Positions 52,779 through 63,462 of a stretch of DNA of 64,000 nucleotides are shown piece by piece. The notes beneath the pieces were generated by a model that was given only the letters and a program-made list of their open reading frames with translations, had not been told where the DNA came from and ran no database searches. Each line of letters starts with the position of its first letter. The stretch's first letter is position 1. The translations under genes were made by a program, and so were the position numbers. The stretch is from the NCBI GenBank assembly GCA_022813865.1, contig JALDZX010000004.1, positions 496,001 to 560,000 on the forward strand. The letters run 5' to 3'. The stretch comes from Xylographa opegraphella (taxonomy: Eukaryota).

Positions 52779-54148
52779 ATGGATCCTAATGAAAAATCTA
52801 TACCCGAGGAGCACCACGTCCCAAGGTACCGTACCCCTTGAATCCTCAATGGAACACTTCCTGATAGCTGAAGAACCGGTAAATGGCTCCCGCAAGACCA
52901 CCGCATACACAGGGAGTGGCTCGGCGGAATCATCGATCATGTTGACCAGATCCCGAAAGAATTGCATCCGGTTCTCAAAAAGTTCAAGGACATGATCGAA
53001 GGAAATACGCGTATTTATATCTTATTTTCTTCCATGTTTGAGCAGATCCCAAAGAAAAAGCCCTACTCCAAGAGTCCCACCGGTCTCCCTCAAGTTAGGG
53101 ATTATAAGCACATGCTATCAGTACTGAACCATCTCTTGACCACGGCACCTTCGTGAAACGACAAGTCACACCGTGTCGGTCTCGTCGGTCTCCCATCAAT
53201 GCAATGCTGGACTGGCTAATGGGTACCTCTAGTGGTTTCGCAGCTTTCCTTGATCCTGAAGTCAATGCCATGCTGAAGGAAGTACTCAACGCTTGGGTAG
53301 AGTTCCTTTGCTCTCCAGAGTCAGCACAAGTCCTTGGAAATGACTCCGATGGGTGGTTTGGCGAAACCGGCAAGACGGACCTGACGGCTACCGCTAATAT
53401 TGGAGTAACCTCGTACAAGTTTGAGGACATGTATGTCTGTGAACCTTCAGCTAAGTATTATGGCTTCAAGTCTTGGGATGCTTTCTTTACCCGAGCCTTT
53501 AAAGAAGGCATACGCCCTGTCGCGGGGGCAGATGACCCAAATGTTATCACTAATGTGTGCGAGTCCAAACCTTACAATATTGCATATGGCGTGAAAGCTC
53601 GAGATCATTTTTGGCTGAAAGGCCAACCATACTCTCTCATCGACATGCTGGCACACGATGAGTTGGCGGAGAAATTTGTTGGTGGAACAGTTTACCAAGC
53701 TTTCCTGAATGCTTTAAGCTATCACCGTTGGCATAGTCCCGAAAGCGGCAAGATCGTCAAAGCTTATGTGCAAGACGGTACATACTATTCGGAGCCGCTC
53801 TTCGAGGATTTCACTGAGTCCCATGGGGCCGACAAGGCCAATGAAAGTACGGGACAAGGCTATATCACAGCAACCGCTACACGTGCCATTCTCTTTATTG
53901 AAGCTGACAACCCTGCCATCGGCTTGCTGGCGGTCCTGGCAGTCGGTATGGCAGAGGTTTCCACTTGTGACATCACAGTGAAGGATGGTCAAAATGTCAA
54001 GAAAGGTGATCAGATCGGAATGTTCCACTTTGGAGGATCGACACACTGTCTGCTATTTAGGAAGGGGGTCAAGGTCCAGGCCTTCCCCGAGTCTGGCGGG
54101 GAGCATAATGTACCCGTGCGGAGCAAGCTTGCGATGGTAAAGTCTTGA
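52779..54148 (+). pseudogene. Phosphatidylserine decarboxylase family (PsiD-like) gene with an in-frame TGA at 53154-53156 and a frameshift near 53190; either a pseudogene or rescued by an intron at 53153-53232
   Basis: Intron 52826-52873 gives MDPNEK..PRTGKWLPQDHR; downstream FKSWDAFFTR, LKGQPYSL, ALSYHRWHSP, GMAEVST and the self-cleavage motif FHFGGSTH. Confidence 0.75.
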
Positions 54149-54742
54149 TGCAAGTAAGCCTCACACAAAAGCTATGTTGCAGCTCATAACATTCGTTGAA
54201 AGGGAAAAAGAATAGAGAGCTGCAAATGACTTCGGAGATGGTATGTGCAATAAAATTTCAAGGTCCAAAGCGATAATGTGACAGCGTGAATTTTACAACA
54301 ATTAGGTTTTAATCAGCGAACGTGTACGCAAGTCGCGTAGAGCGATGCGGTCGAGAGTGTATTGTGAAGGTTAGCCAAGAATGTTCTCCCAGAGCAGTGC
54401 CGTAAGAACCTATTGAAAAAGGAGGCTGACTGAATGTACACAAAGTTACGCGATAATACTAGATAGAGATACTGCTATAGCTTCCATAGATCACAGGAAT
54501 TGAAGCGTGTGAGCCAATCGAGGCATGAATAAACAAACCTCGCGTATTCGCCGCAATCATTTTAGCGTGAATCGCAAGCAATCCCATCATCACAACAAAG
54601 CGTTCGCTCATAAAGCTTGTTGATGCTCAGAGTTATCGATTTTGCTTTGCACCACTGTCTTGCATACAAACTGAGTCTGCTTATCTCAATCTACTGCTGA
54701 CGCTTCGCACTCGGGTCTTCCCCCAACGTGCACCTTCTCGCA

Positions 54743-56127
54743 ATGGTAAATGATCACGAAAGCTGTTGAGCTCGTTTGCTTGCAGAGATAAGAAGCATGT
54801 TGACTTGTCGTTAGAATTCGTCAAGCCTTCGACGACTGGCTTCCGATCATGCCTCACTTCACAAATCAGAGTTACCACCATATTTTCTCTTCCAAAGCGG
54901 CACTGCCTCAATGCCAGATGACCTCACACAACTCAGTGTCCTCTTGACGGGCCCTCAAGGCACACCTTATGCGGCCGGTGTTTGGAAGTTGCACCTCAAG
55001 ATCCCCCACGACTACCCGAATAGCGCACCCAAAGCTTCATTCCGAACAAAGATGTGGCATCCTAACGTGGAAGAGTCAACTGGGAGTGTCTGTGTGGAGA
55101 CTCTGAAGCGAGACTGGCAGCCAAAGCTAACGCTACGGGACATCTTGATGGCGAGTCTACGCTGAGAAAAAATCTGGAGATAACCAGCTAATTCTCTCCT
55201 CAGACCATATCTTGTCTCCTTATCCAACCGAACCCCGACTCTGCGCTCAATGCCGCAGCAGGCAAGCTTTTGCAAGAGGACTACGAAGCCTTCTCTCGGC
55301 AAGCGAAACTAATGACTTCGATACACGCGCCAATCCCTACCTCACTTCGAGACGCTGTTGCTGCTGCAAGGAGTAGAGGCGAGGAGACCAAACCAGTCAC
55401 AGCCAAGCAAGCGAGCAGAAAACGTCCACACCTTGCCCTCGAAGACCCTATCATCCCTCCTCAAGCAGTCCCCGATCACGATACGGATCCCTCAGATGAC
55501 GAAGCCACCGCCTCCAAAGAAAACGACCCTGCCCTGTCACCATCGCCAGTAAATCCTCCTATACCTTCTCCACGGCGACCTCAGCTACTAAAACGCCCGC
55601 TTTCCGACCTCCCCACCCCCACCGAGACAGATTCGGACGACGAAGATGAAGCCTGCACGGGCATGACGTCCTCAGAGGGTAACATAGCGGCCAACACCCC
55701 CAACCTCTCCTCTAACATCGCCCGGATGGCAGTTTCGGAACAATCCATGACGGGCACCAAACTAGTGGAGCGAAGTCGGAGTTTCAACTTCGCAGCAAGG
55801 GACAGAGACGAAAGCGCCACAGGAGGCCTGATGATCACGCCTTTCGAGGATCAAAGTGCGGGTGCGGACGGCGGGGAAGAGCAAGAGGGATCATATCAGC
55901 CTCCTCCGAAGCGCGTCTGCTCGGGTGAAGAGAAAGAGAACATCACAGAGGCTCAGCAAACAAAACCTATTCTACCAGCTAAGCCAGCTACTGCTATCGC
56001 AGGACCGACAACTAAGGTTGCGACCGCAGGGAGCCTGAGGAAGGTGTCCAGCGCCAGCGGTTCGAGCGGAGGAGCTTCCGGCACAAGAGTCATGGCCAAG
56101 CCGAGGGTCGGGTTACGGAGATTGTGA
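54743..56127 (+). CDS. UBE2S: Ubiquitin-conjugating enzyme E2, UBE2S-like, with a long acidic/Pro-rich tail; introns 54746-54814 and 55151-55203 (GC-AG)
   Basis: [14 protein letters not shown], catalytic [10 protein letters not shown], spliced [18 protein letters not shown], terminal GLRRL. Confidence 0.85.
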
Positions 56128-58062
56128 GCGAATATGCGGACTGTAGCGGCTACATTATTGTTTGCTCGAATTACTCTGGCAAAACACTGCTTTTGTGAGG
56201 ACACACTGCATGCATGTGGGCGGGTTGGCGGTTGACTTGGGTTTACAGCGGACATGGAATACAATGCGCAGCTCACGATGGGACGAAGCGTTGGAACTGC
56301 ATAGCGGCTTGGGAGATAGAGCGAGCGGTAGCTATGCCACTTCTTTTGAAAGTACAGAATTGATATGCATGATTACCATTCGGGAGATGTGTTTGAGACT
56401 GTGACTTCCGTACTCTTATCGCGTGAACGGTTGATGAAATACTCTCTGGATCCAGTAGCGCAGCTGACGGGACACACCAGGAGGGATCATACCATGTAAG
56501 GCTCATATTCCGTCAAGATAATATGTAAGGACAGTGTATAAACCCCTGTAAACCAGGCGTACAACCTTAGGAGACCGGGCACGGCACCCCAGTTATCGCA
56601 TGATGGTTTGCTGTGCAACTGTATAATAACAAGCTTTCTGTTCCAGCGAGGGAATAGCAGCAAGAACAACAGGAATACAAAGTTTGTTTGATCAGTATAT
56701 CGTGATTGGTCCAGAAAGCTATATAAGCAAGAATATTGAAACACATACGGGATATGTAGAGCCACAACAGCATGAAAAGTGTGCAAAAGATATTCCAGAA
56801 ATAACGTGTTGTCGACAGCGTGGTGGGGTCCGGACCTTCGATACGCATTTTGAGAGGGCGGCTCCCGATAAAGGTGTGTTGACCCGCCGAGCGGCAGGTC
56901 GTCAGCTGCGATATGGATGCGTCCCAAGACAGGGTGTCACTATGAACAGGGCCAATAACGCATAGGATGCAATCAATGAGAATCTATATAAAAGGGGCTC
57001 TGTTCGACCTCAATACGTGGAGGCCGCTACCGGTATCGAGCCTCAACTCGTTGTTGCAGAACAGGGCCCGACTCTTCTAAGCACCCTAATCCTTCAGGTC
57101 TTCCACCGCTTCGCGTGTCTCGTGGCAAGGAAGAATACTCAGAGATCATTGAGAGCATTTACAGCTTGAGAAGAGTCCCATCTATTCGTTCAGGAACGAT
57201 CAGCCTTGGACGTCCAGAGTCAGGGCTCAGATCCTCTGGTCTTCTGTTAGGCTAGACACTTTTTTCATGACCCCATTCACCATCTTCTTGTAAGTCCACC
57301 CCGAGTTCATATCCTCTTCTGGTGAATTGACCTGAAAGCCTTGCGATGTGGCGAAACCAATTGTTCGACAGCTTTAGCAAGTGTGGAGATGGGTACCTAG
57401 AACATCTTAAACAGTCCTCGGTTCGTTTCCCGTTTCCTTCCAATCTCAAGGGTCTTAACTATCAAAGCAGAGTTTTCATCTTACATCAGCCGCTGAAGCG
57501 TCTCTTTGGAGCCAACTGAGAGCGTGATGTGTATGGGATCTTGACGATGTGGTACACGTATTTGGTATTCTAAGAAACGCATTTCGAGACCAGAGACAGT
57601 GCCAAAAGCTGTTTGTAGAACAGCTAGAATGAGTCAATCTGCGGCCTTTTCTGCTCATTGGGTTGGTCAGCTAACCAAGACCGTGTTCTGGTTGGGGGCC
57701 TCCCATGGAACCTTATCAAGCAGAGATTCCACAATTGTATTGATATTGATCCCCAGTGCTGAAGATCGAGAGCAGAGCTTGACAGAAAATACTAAGGTAG
57801 AGGCCAAAGAGTGGGATTCTGCAGATGGATAGACTCTACTCCCTCAGAAATCGCCAATGTTCGATGTGAGTGGACAATCGTGCTAGGTGATCAGCAAATT
57901 GTGCCAGTTCAAAACTCCGACATAATGACCAAGTTTTAGGAGCTGGTGGCAGACGCTGTATTCATTCTTCCTACCATTTGGTTGTGAGCATAGAATGCAG
58001 CCGTAAATTATATGCAGCAGTGATATCCAAGATCCTGGGCCGCACGGGTGTGAAATGCAACA

Positions 58063-59537
58063 TTAGAGTTTGGAGCTTCCCCTTGGCCTCTCCAGCAACT
58101 TCGTCTTATTCTTATAGTTCTTGACGAGCTGTCTTACGGAGAGGTCAAGTAGCACGTCCTCCGAGCCGCCTGGAATTCGAGCTCCTGGAACATCACGATA
58201 GATTCCTAGAAAAAGTCAGCAAATGGCCCTGAGTCACTTGCGATTGGCTCTCATACGCTCGACTATCTCCCCTTGCCCTGTCTTCGTGTATCCGTTCCCC
58301 CCGAAAAGCAGTACGGCACACCTTGCACATTCATCTAGGACAATGCCAGCTTGTGCCTTTGCAAGCGCGGTCAAACCACCCAGCTCCACATCGGCTTCTG
58401 CTTTGCTCAATTTCGTCATCTGGTAAACAAACTGTTCGATCCATGCCCATTGGCTTTCGAGCATAGCTCCGCACTTTGCCAGTCTATGTCTTACCACCGG
58501 CTGATCCATTAATGTCATGCCAAATGCTTCCCTCTTGAGGCAGTACTCGAAAGCAGCCGCTAATGCAACGCGAGCTCCCCTTGTTACTCCGACAGCAATA
58601 ATCAAACGCTCATGATTGAAGTTTGTCATGATGTATTTCATTCCCATGCCTTCTTGGCCAATGAGGTTGGAAACAGGAACATGTACATCGTCAAGTTCAA
58701 TATACGTAGTACCTCCTGAAGCTTGACCAGAGCATTTGAGAGGACGCATGGAAACTCCAGCTTGGCCCAGTAGCGGTACCATCAGGAGTGAAAGTCCACC
58801 CGGGCCTGGCCCGGAGGTTCGGACCGCCATCGTCGCATAAGCGGACCAGATGCCATTTGTGATCCTTTGATATGTCAGTCCCTCTCTTCGAGAATCGCTC
58901 ATGGAAGCTACCATTTCTTTGCGCCATTGACAATATAGTGCTTCCCGTCATCTGTCTTGACAGCTGCTGTCTGAATATTCGCAACATCGGATCCGGCATC
59001 TGGCTCAGTTATGGCAATGCAGATCCTCTTCTTTCCCAGAAGAAGATCCGGCAAGAAACGTTCTTGTAGGTCTTGACTACCGAACTTGATGATCGGGGGC
59101 ACGCCATAAGACATGCCGGTTGTCAAGGATGCACCAGGACCAGACAACCCCGACCGCGACATCTTCTTTCCTTAGCAGTTTTCGGCGTACTCTGGTATAG
59201 AACAAACCTCATCAGTATAAATTGCTGTGTGTAGGTAGTCCCAGTCTTCCACCTTGACTGCTCCTAGGATGTCATGAACACCCAACCTCTTCAACCACTC
59301 CACTGGCAAGGGGGCAGGCAGGGTGGGGATGAGCATGTTCGCAGCAGCAAACTTCTGGAAGACTTCGGGAGGAACCTTCTCCTCTCTCTCCCAATCCAAA
59401 GCATACTGATTGAGATTCTCGTCGATGAAGGCACGACAGGCCTTCTGCCACTTCAGATGCGAAGGCGAGTAGTACGGGGATGGCAAGCCTGCGAGATACG
59501 GTGGCTCGGAGAATGGTATGGACGGTCGGTCCGGCAT
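58063..59537 (-). CDS. Acyl-CoA dehydrogenase with C-terminal PTS1 (SKL), 4 exons
   Basis: CIAITEPDAGSDVA, NGAKKWITNG, FNHERL, REAFG, LFGGNGY, IPGGSEDV; ends GSSKL*. Confidence 0.92.
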
Positions 59538-60319
59538 TTCGATGGTGGTCACGGAAGCTCGAGAGTATCAGAAATGATCTTCGATCAAATCTGATCGGCT
59601 TGATCTTGATTGCGAGATTGCTTTGACTGTCAACTCTGAGGATCAGCTACTTTGATACAGGAGTGCCTGCTCTTCTCTGGAGCCTCGGTCCAGAAGCTTG
59701 GTCGGCTCGTCGGCACCGCTAAAACATACGACCGACAAGTAGCCGGCTCGGGCCGGCAGGAAGTTATAGAGTACTCACAAGCACGTATATATTAGAATGC
59801 TGCGCACACACCGGAATGCTTGAACTGATCCGAGCGGGGAGATAAGCGAACTGCCCCACCACGGTTTTTCCGACTTGCTTAGGACTAGGCTGAAGGGTCC
59901 AGCAGTAGTGAGAATTGCACACAGACTTATCCGCCGTATTGGCCTCACCGCTGCTTCTCCGCCAATTGGCACGATTCAATCGAAGCCGGAGCGCTGAAAG
60001 CTAGATGGTCCATGACAGTGACGGAAAGCAAGCAGGTGTCTGTTGAGTCTCAACGGAAATGCAGCGAAGCGCCAGCATCGCTTACTTGGCCTCCCCGAGC
60101 CCTCCACGTCATTCTACGCCAATCACCTGCGGGGGCTTGACACGTTTTATCGCCATCTTAGTTCGAACTGTCCTCCACGCACTTTTTTCATAAATCCCGT
60201 AGATATTCCTGGGCCTTCCTTTTGTTCGACTATATAGCTCTGCAACTTCCTTGTTTCTAGATTCTATACAACAACAGACCTTTCATCGAAACCTCGACAG
60301 AATTTCATACACCTTCACA

Positions 60320-61125
60320 ATGCCCAAGGTACCCCTCGATTCACCCCGCCTATCCCTGGAAGTGCAAGATCCCCAATGGCTAACCCGCCCCGCCTTCAGA
60401 TCGTCGAGCTCCTCTTCGACTGCGACAACACGCTCGTCCTGTCCGAAGAACTCGCCTTCGAAGCCTGCGCCGAGCTTGCCAACGAGATCCTCGCCAAATA
60501 TGGCAAATCGGCCCGCTACACCGGCCCGGAGCTGATGCAAGACTTCGTCGGGCAGAACTTCCGCGGCGTGGTCACCGGCATGGAGACCAAGTACGGCTTC
60601 CAGCTGTCGGATGAGGAGCGGGAGGGCTACGTCAAGCAGGAGGAAGACCGGGTGATCAAGACGCTAAAGGCGAAGGCGCAGCCGTGCGTGGGCGCCAACG
60701 AGGAATTGGCGAAGCTGTACGAGAGCAAGAAGTACGGCATGGCAGTCGTGTCGTCGTCGGCGCTGCGCCGCGTCGTGGCGTCGGTGGAGAAGGTCGACCA
60801 GGCGAAGTTCTTCCCCAAGGACCACATCTTCAGCGCCGCGACCTCGCTGCCGAAGCCCACCACCAAGCCCGACCCGGCCATCTACCTGTACGCCTGCGAG
60901 AAGATCGGCGTCAAGCCGAGCGAGTGCATCGCGGTGGAGGACAGCAAGAGCGGCACGCTGAGCGCCGTCCGCGCGGGCATCCACACCATCGCCTACGTCG
61001 GCAGCTACCATGACCCGTCGAAGGCGAAGGAGGTGGCCGACATGCTCGTCAGCAACGGCGCTAAGGTGGTCATGAACCACTGGAGCGAGTTCGAGAAATG
61101 CTTGGCCGAGATCGAGGCCATGTGA
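60320..61125 (+). CDS. HAD-superfamily hydrolase (beta-phosphoglucomutase/CbbY-like); intron 60329-60399
   Basis: Motif I FDCDNTL, motif II VSSS, motif III KPDP, motif IV EDSKSG. Confidence 0.9.
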
Positions 61126-61621
61126 AAAGCATGGCGTCCGGTTATGCGATGCGGATAGACGATCCTTGTTGTCGGAAGCGCCGTCCAGAAGAGGGAAAGA
61201 TACAGGCTTCGCATCAACGCAAATGTTATAGATTGGGAACAGGAAATTATGGAGATGAATTAGGGGGAAGAAAAAGTGTTTAGAATCCCGGGACCGACGT
61301 TTTTCCTTGCTCGATATCGTAAACCCTATTAGACGATCTACACAATAGAAGTCAAGTCATTTGCCGATGAATCCACAATGACCCCTCAAGAGCACCACAG
61401 TCTACTGTCCACATGCTTGTGAAAGGACGCGCTCTACCGCTACTTTACCTCCACAGCTCACCTTCTCCACCAGCGGAAGTGATCCTTTCGCTGTATGAAA
61501 CATCTCTCACCCCATCATACATAAGCACCTCCGACTGTCCGGTTCATTCCCCCCAAAGCCACCGCACAGCAACCCGTTCACCACCACAGCACTCATCCCC
61601 ACCCTTCACCACACCCCTCCC

Positions 61622-61674
61622 NNNNNNNNNNNNNNNNNNNNNNNNNNNNNNNNNNNNNNNNNNNNNNNNNNNNN
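61622..61674. other. Assembly gap (run of N)
   Basis: Ns flanked by C-rich low-complexity sequence. Confidence 0.99.
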
Positions 61675-63462
61675 CACCCCCTCCGCCGCCCCCCCCTCCA
61701 CCAAATCATCCCCCACGTCCCAAACATCCTTATACGCCTCAGGCGCCTCCTCCCACACGAGCGCACGATCCTCACACACGACCCACGTCCCCCCATTCAC
61801 ATCCCTACCTCTACCCTCCCCGTCCCCACCTGCGCCCCCCCCACCGCGCTTATTACCACGCGCATCCATGCGGACGAAATCCCCGCGCAGCAGATCGTCC
61901 GTGCGGCCGGCATATTTCTGCGCCACGACGGCGAGTGCCTTGGCGCGCGAGAGGGCGCGGCCGGCGCCGTGGGCGAGGCTGAGCGCGTTGGTGGCGCCGA
62001 AGGCGTTGGCGGGCGTGAGGAGCGGGTGCAGGATGAGGGTCGGCGTGCCGCGGGAGCCGGGGAGGGGGAGGAGGGCGAGCCCGGTGGGGATCATGTTGGT
62101 GGAAGCGGAAGCGGAGGAGGACGGGGCCAGAGGCGCCGCGATGGGGGCGGCGCCCTTGCGGTGGATGTAGACCTCGCGCGTGTGGTCCGCGGGCGGAGCG
62201 TTGGGGGCCGAGGGCGGCCAGGAGGTGCGCTCGACGCTGTTGTGGCAGAGGTCGACGACCCTGCGGGCCTGGACGGCACGGCGGGCGGCGCGGACGTCCG
62301 CGGTGGGGCAGGGCTTTGGGGCCGCGAGGGCGTCGGTGCGGCCGAGAGCCCAGGCGTCGTGGCCGGGCTCGAGGCAGGCCAGGAAACGCAGGGCGATGAG
62401 GTCCCGGTTACAGGCCGCCCACGCGCACGCGCGGTCGTGCTCGGCGAGGTAGGCACGCGCGTGGGGTTCGGCCGCACGCATGCTGGTGGCGGCGTCGCCG
62501 GTGCCGCTGTGCCGCTTGAGCACGTCGCTGCCGTAGCCGCGGGAGCCGGAGTGGACGAGGAGGACGACGTCGCCGGCGTGCAGCATGCCGGCCTCGCCGC
62601 GGGTGTTGGTGGCTTGCCACGCGCCCGGGAGGACTTCTTCGACGACCTGGATCTCCGCGAAGTGGTTCCCCGCGCCGATGGTGCCGAGGGTGGCGTCCCA
62701 TGCTTCGCCCGCGCTGGCGGTTGGGGGTGGTGGTGGGTCGATGGACGAGGAGGCAGCGGTGTGACTCGGAGACGAATCTTCTTCGTCGCTCAGCCACGCT
62801 TCTCGGTCGAGCTGAGTCCGCCACGCCCCCTCGAGTCCCCGCAGTTTCTGGGCAACCTTGCGGCCCTTGTCGCCTTCGACGTGGGATGCCGAGAGCGTGG
62901 TCTTGTACCAGGCCATGCCGCAGCCGATATCGCCCCCGATCAGCGGCGGGTGGATCCAGCCTTCGGAGACGAAGACGGCGCCGATGGGGAATTTCGTCCC
63001 GGGGTGCAGATCTGGCTGGGCGACGGCGTGGATGATCCCCGGGAGCGTGCGCGCCGTCGTTTCGAGCTGGGTGATGGAGAGAGGGTCGACGTAGGCTTTG
63101 TTGGCCATGATGTAAACTGGGTTACCGAGCGTGAGGGCGTCGAGGTCGGGGCTGATATTTTCGCCGGGGGAAGACTCTTCTTTCTTCGTGCCCACGAAGT
63201 CTTCGCCCGCTGAGATCAGAAGCACCACATCATCCTCCATACATCTCTTCCAATGCGATTCCTCGAGAAGCTCTTGCCCGGTGCTGGCCACAAAAATACG
63301 TGACCCCTTCTTGAGGCGGAGTTTGGACTGCGCAGCCTTCATCACAAGGGAATGACAGGAGCCGGGGTCACTAGGGCTGTAGGACGCAGAGCTGGGGATC
63401 AGGAGCGGACATTTTTGAGACCGATTGCTGTTCAGAGCCAAGGTGACACGTGTAGAAGGCAT
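61675..63462 (-). CDS. rtcB: RtcB-family 3'-phosphate/5'-OH RNA ligase, release factor H-coupled (RtcB2)-like; C-terminus runs into the gap
   Basis: QPDLHPGTKFPIG, GGDIGCGM, LGTIGAGNHFAEIQ, LLVHSGSRGYG, DLCHN, HRKGAAP, LPGSRG, SLAHGAGRALSR and EEAPEAYKD, all in order. Confidence 0.92.

Noticed and set aside
53154..53156. Selenocysteine, stop readthrough or A-to-I editing as the sole rescue of the TGA
   Set aside because: A frameshift follows within about 40 nt, so recoding the stop alone cannot restore the protein.
52779..54148. Psilocybin-type gene cluster
   Set aside because: No kinase, methyltransferase or P450 nearby; only the decarboxylase-family gene is present.
61413..61982. Proline-rich 189-aa ORF spanning the N run
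   Set aside because: Artefact of translating through the gap and C-rich antisense sequence.
61969..63213. 414-aa plus-strand ORF and other overlapping ORFs
   Set aside because: Antisense shadows of the GC-rich RtcB gene; low complexity and no motifs.
51536..63462. Functional linkage of the intron-containing tRNA with the RtcB gene
   Set aside because: They are 10 kb apart with unrelated genes between, and intron-containing tRNAs are common in fungi.
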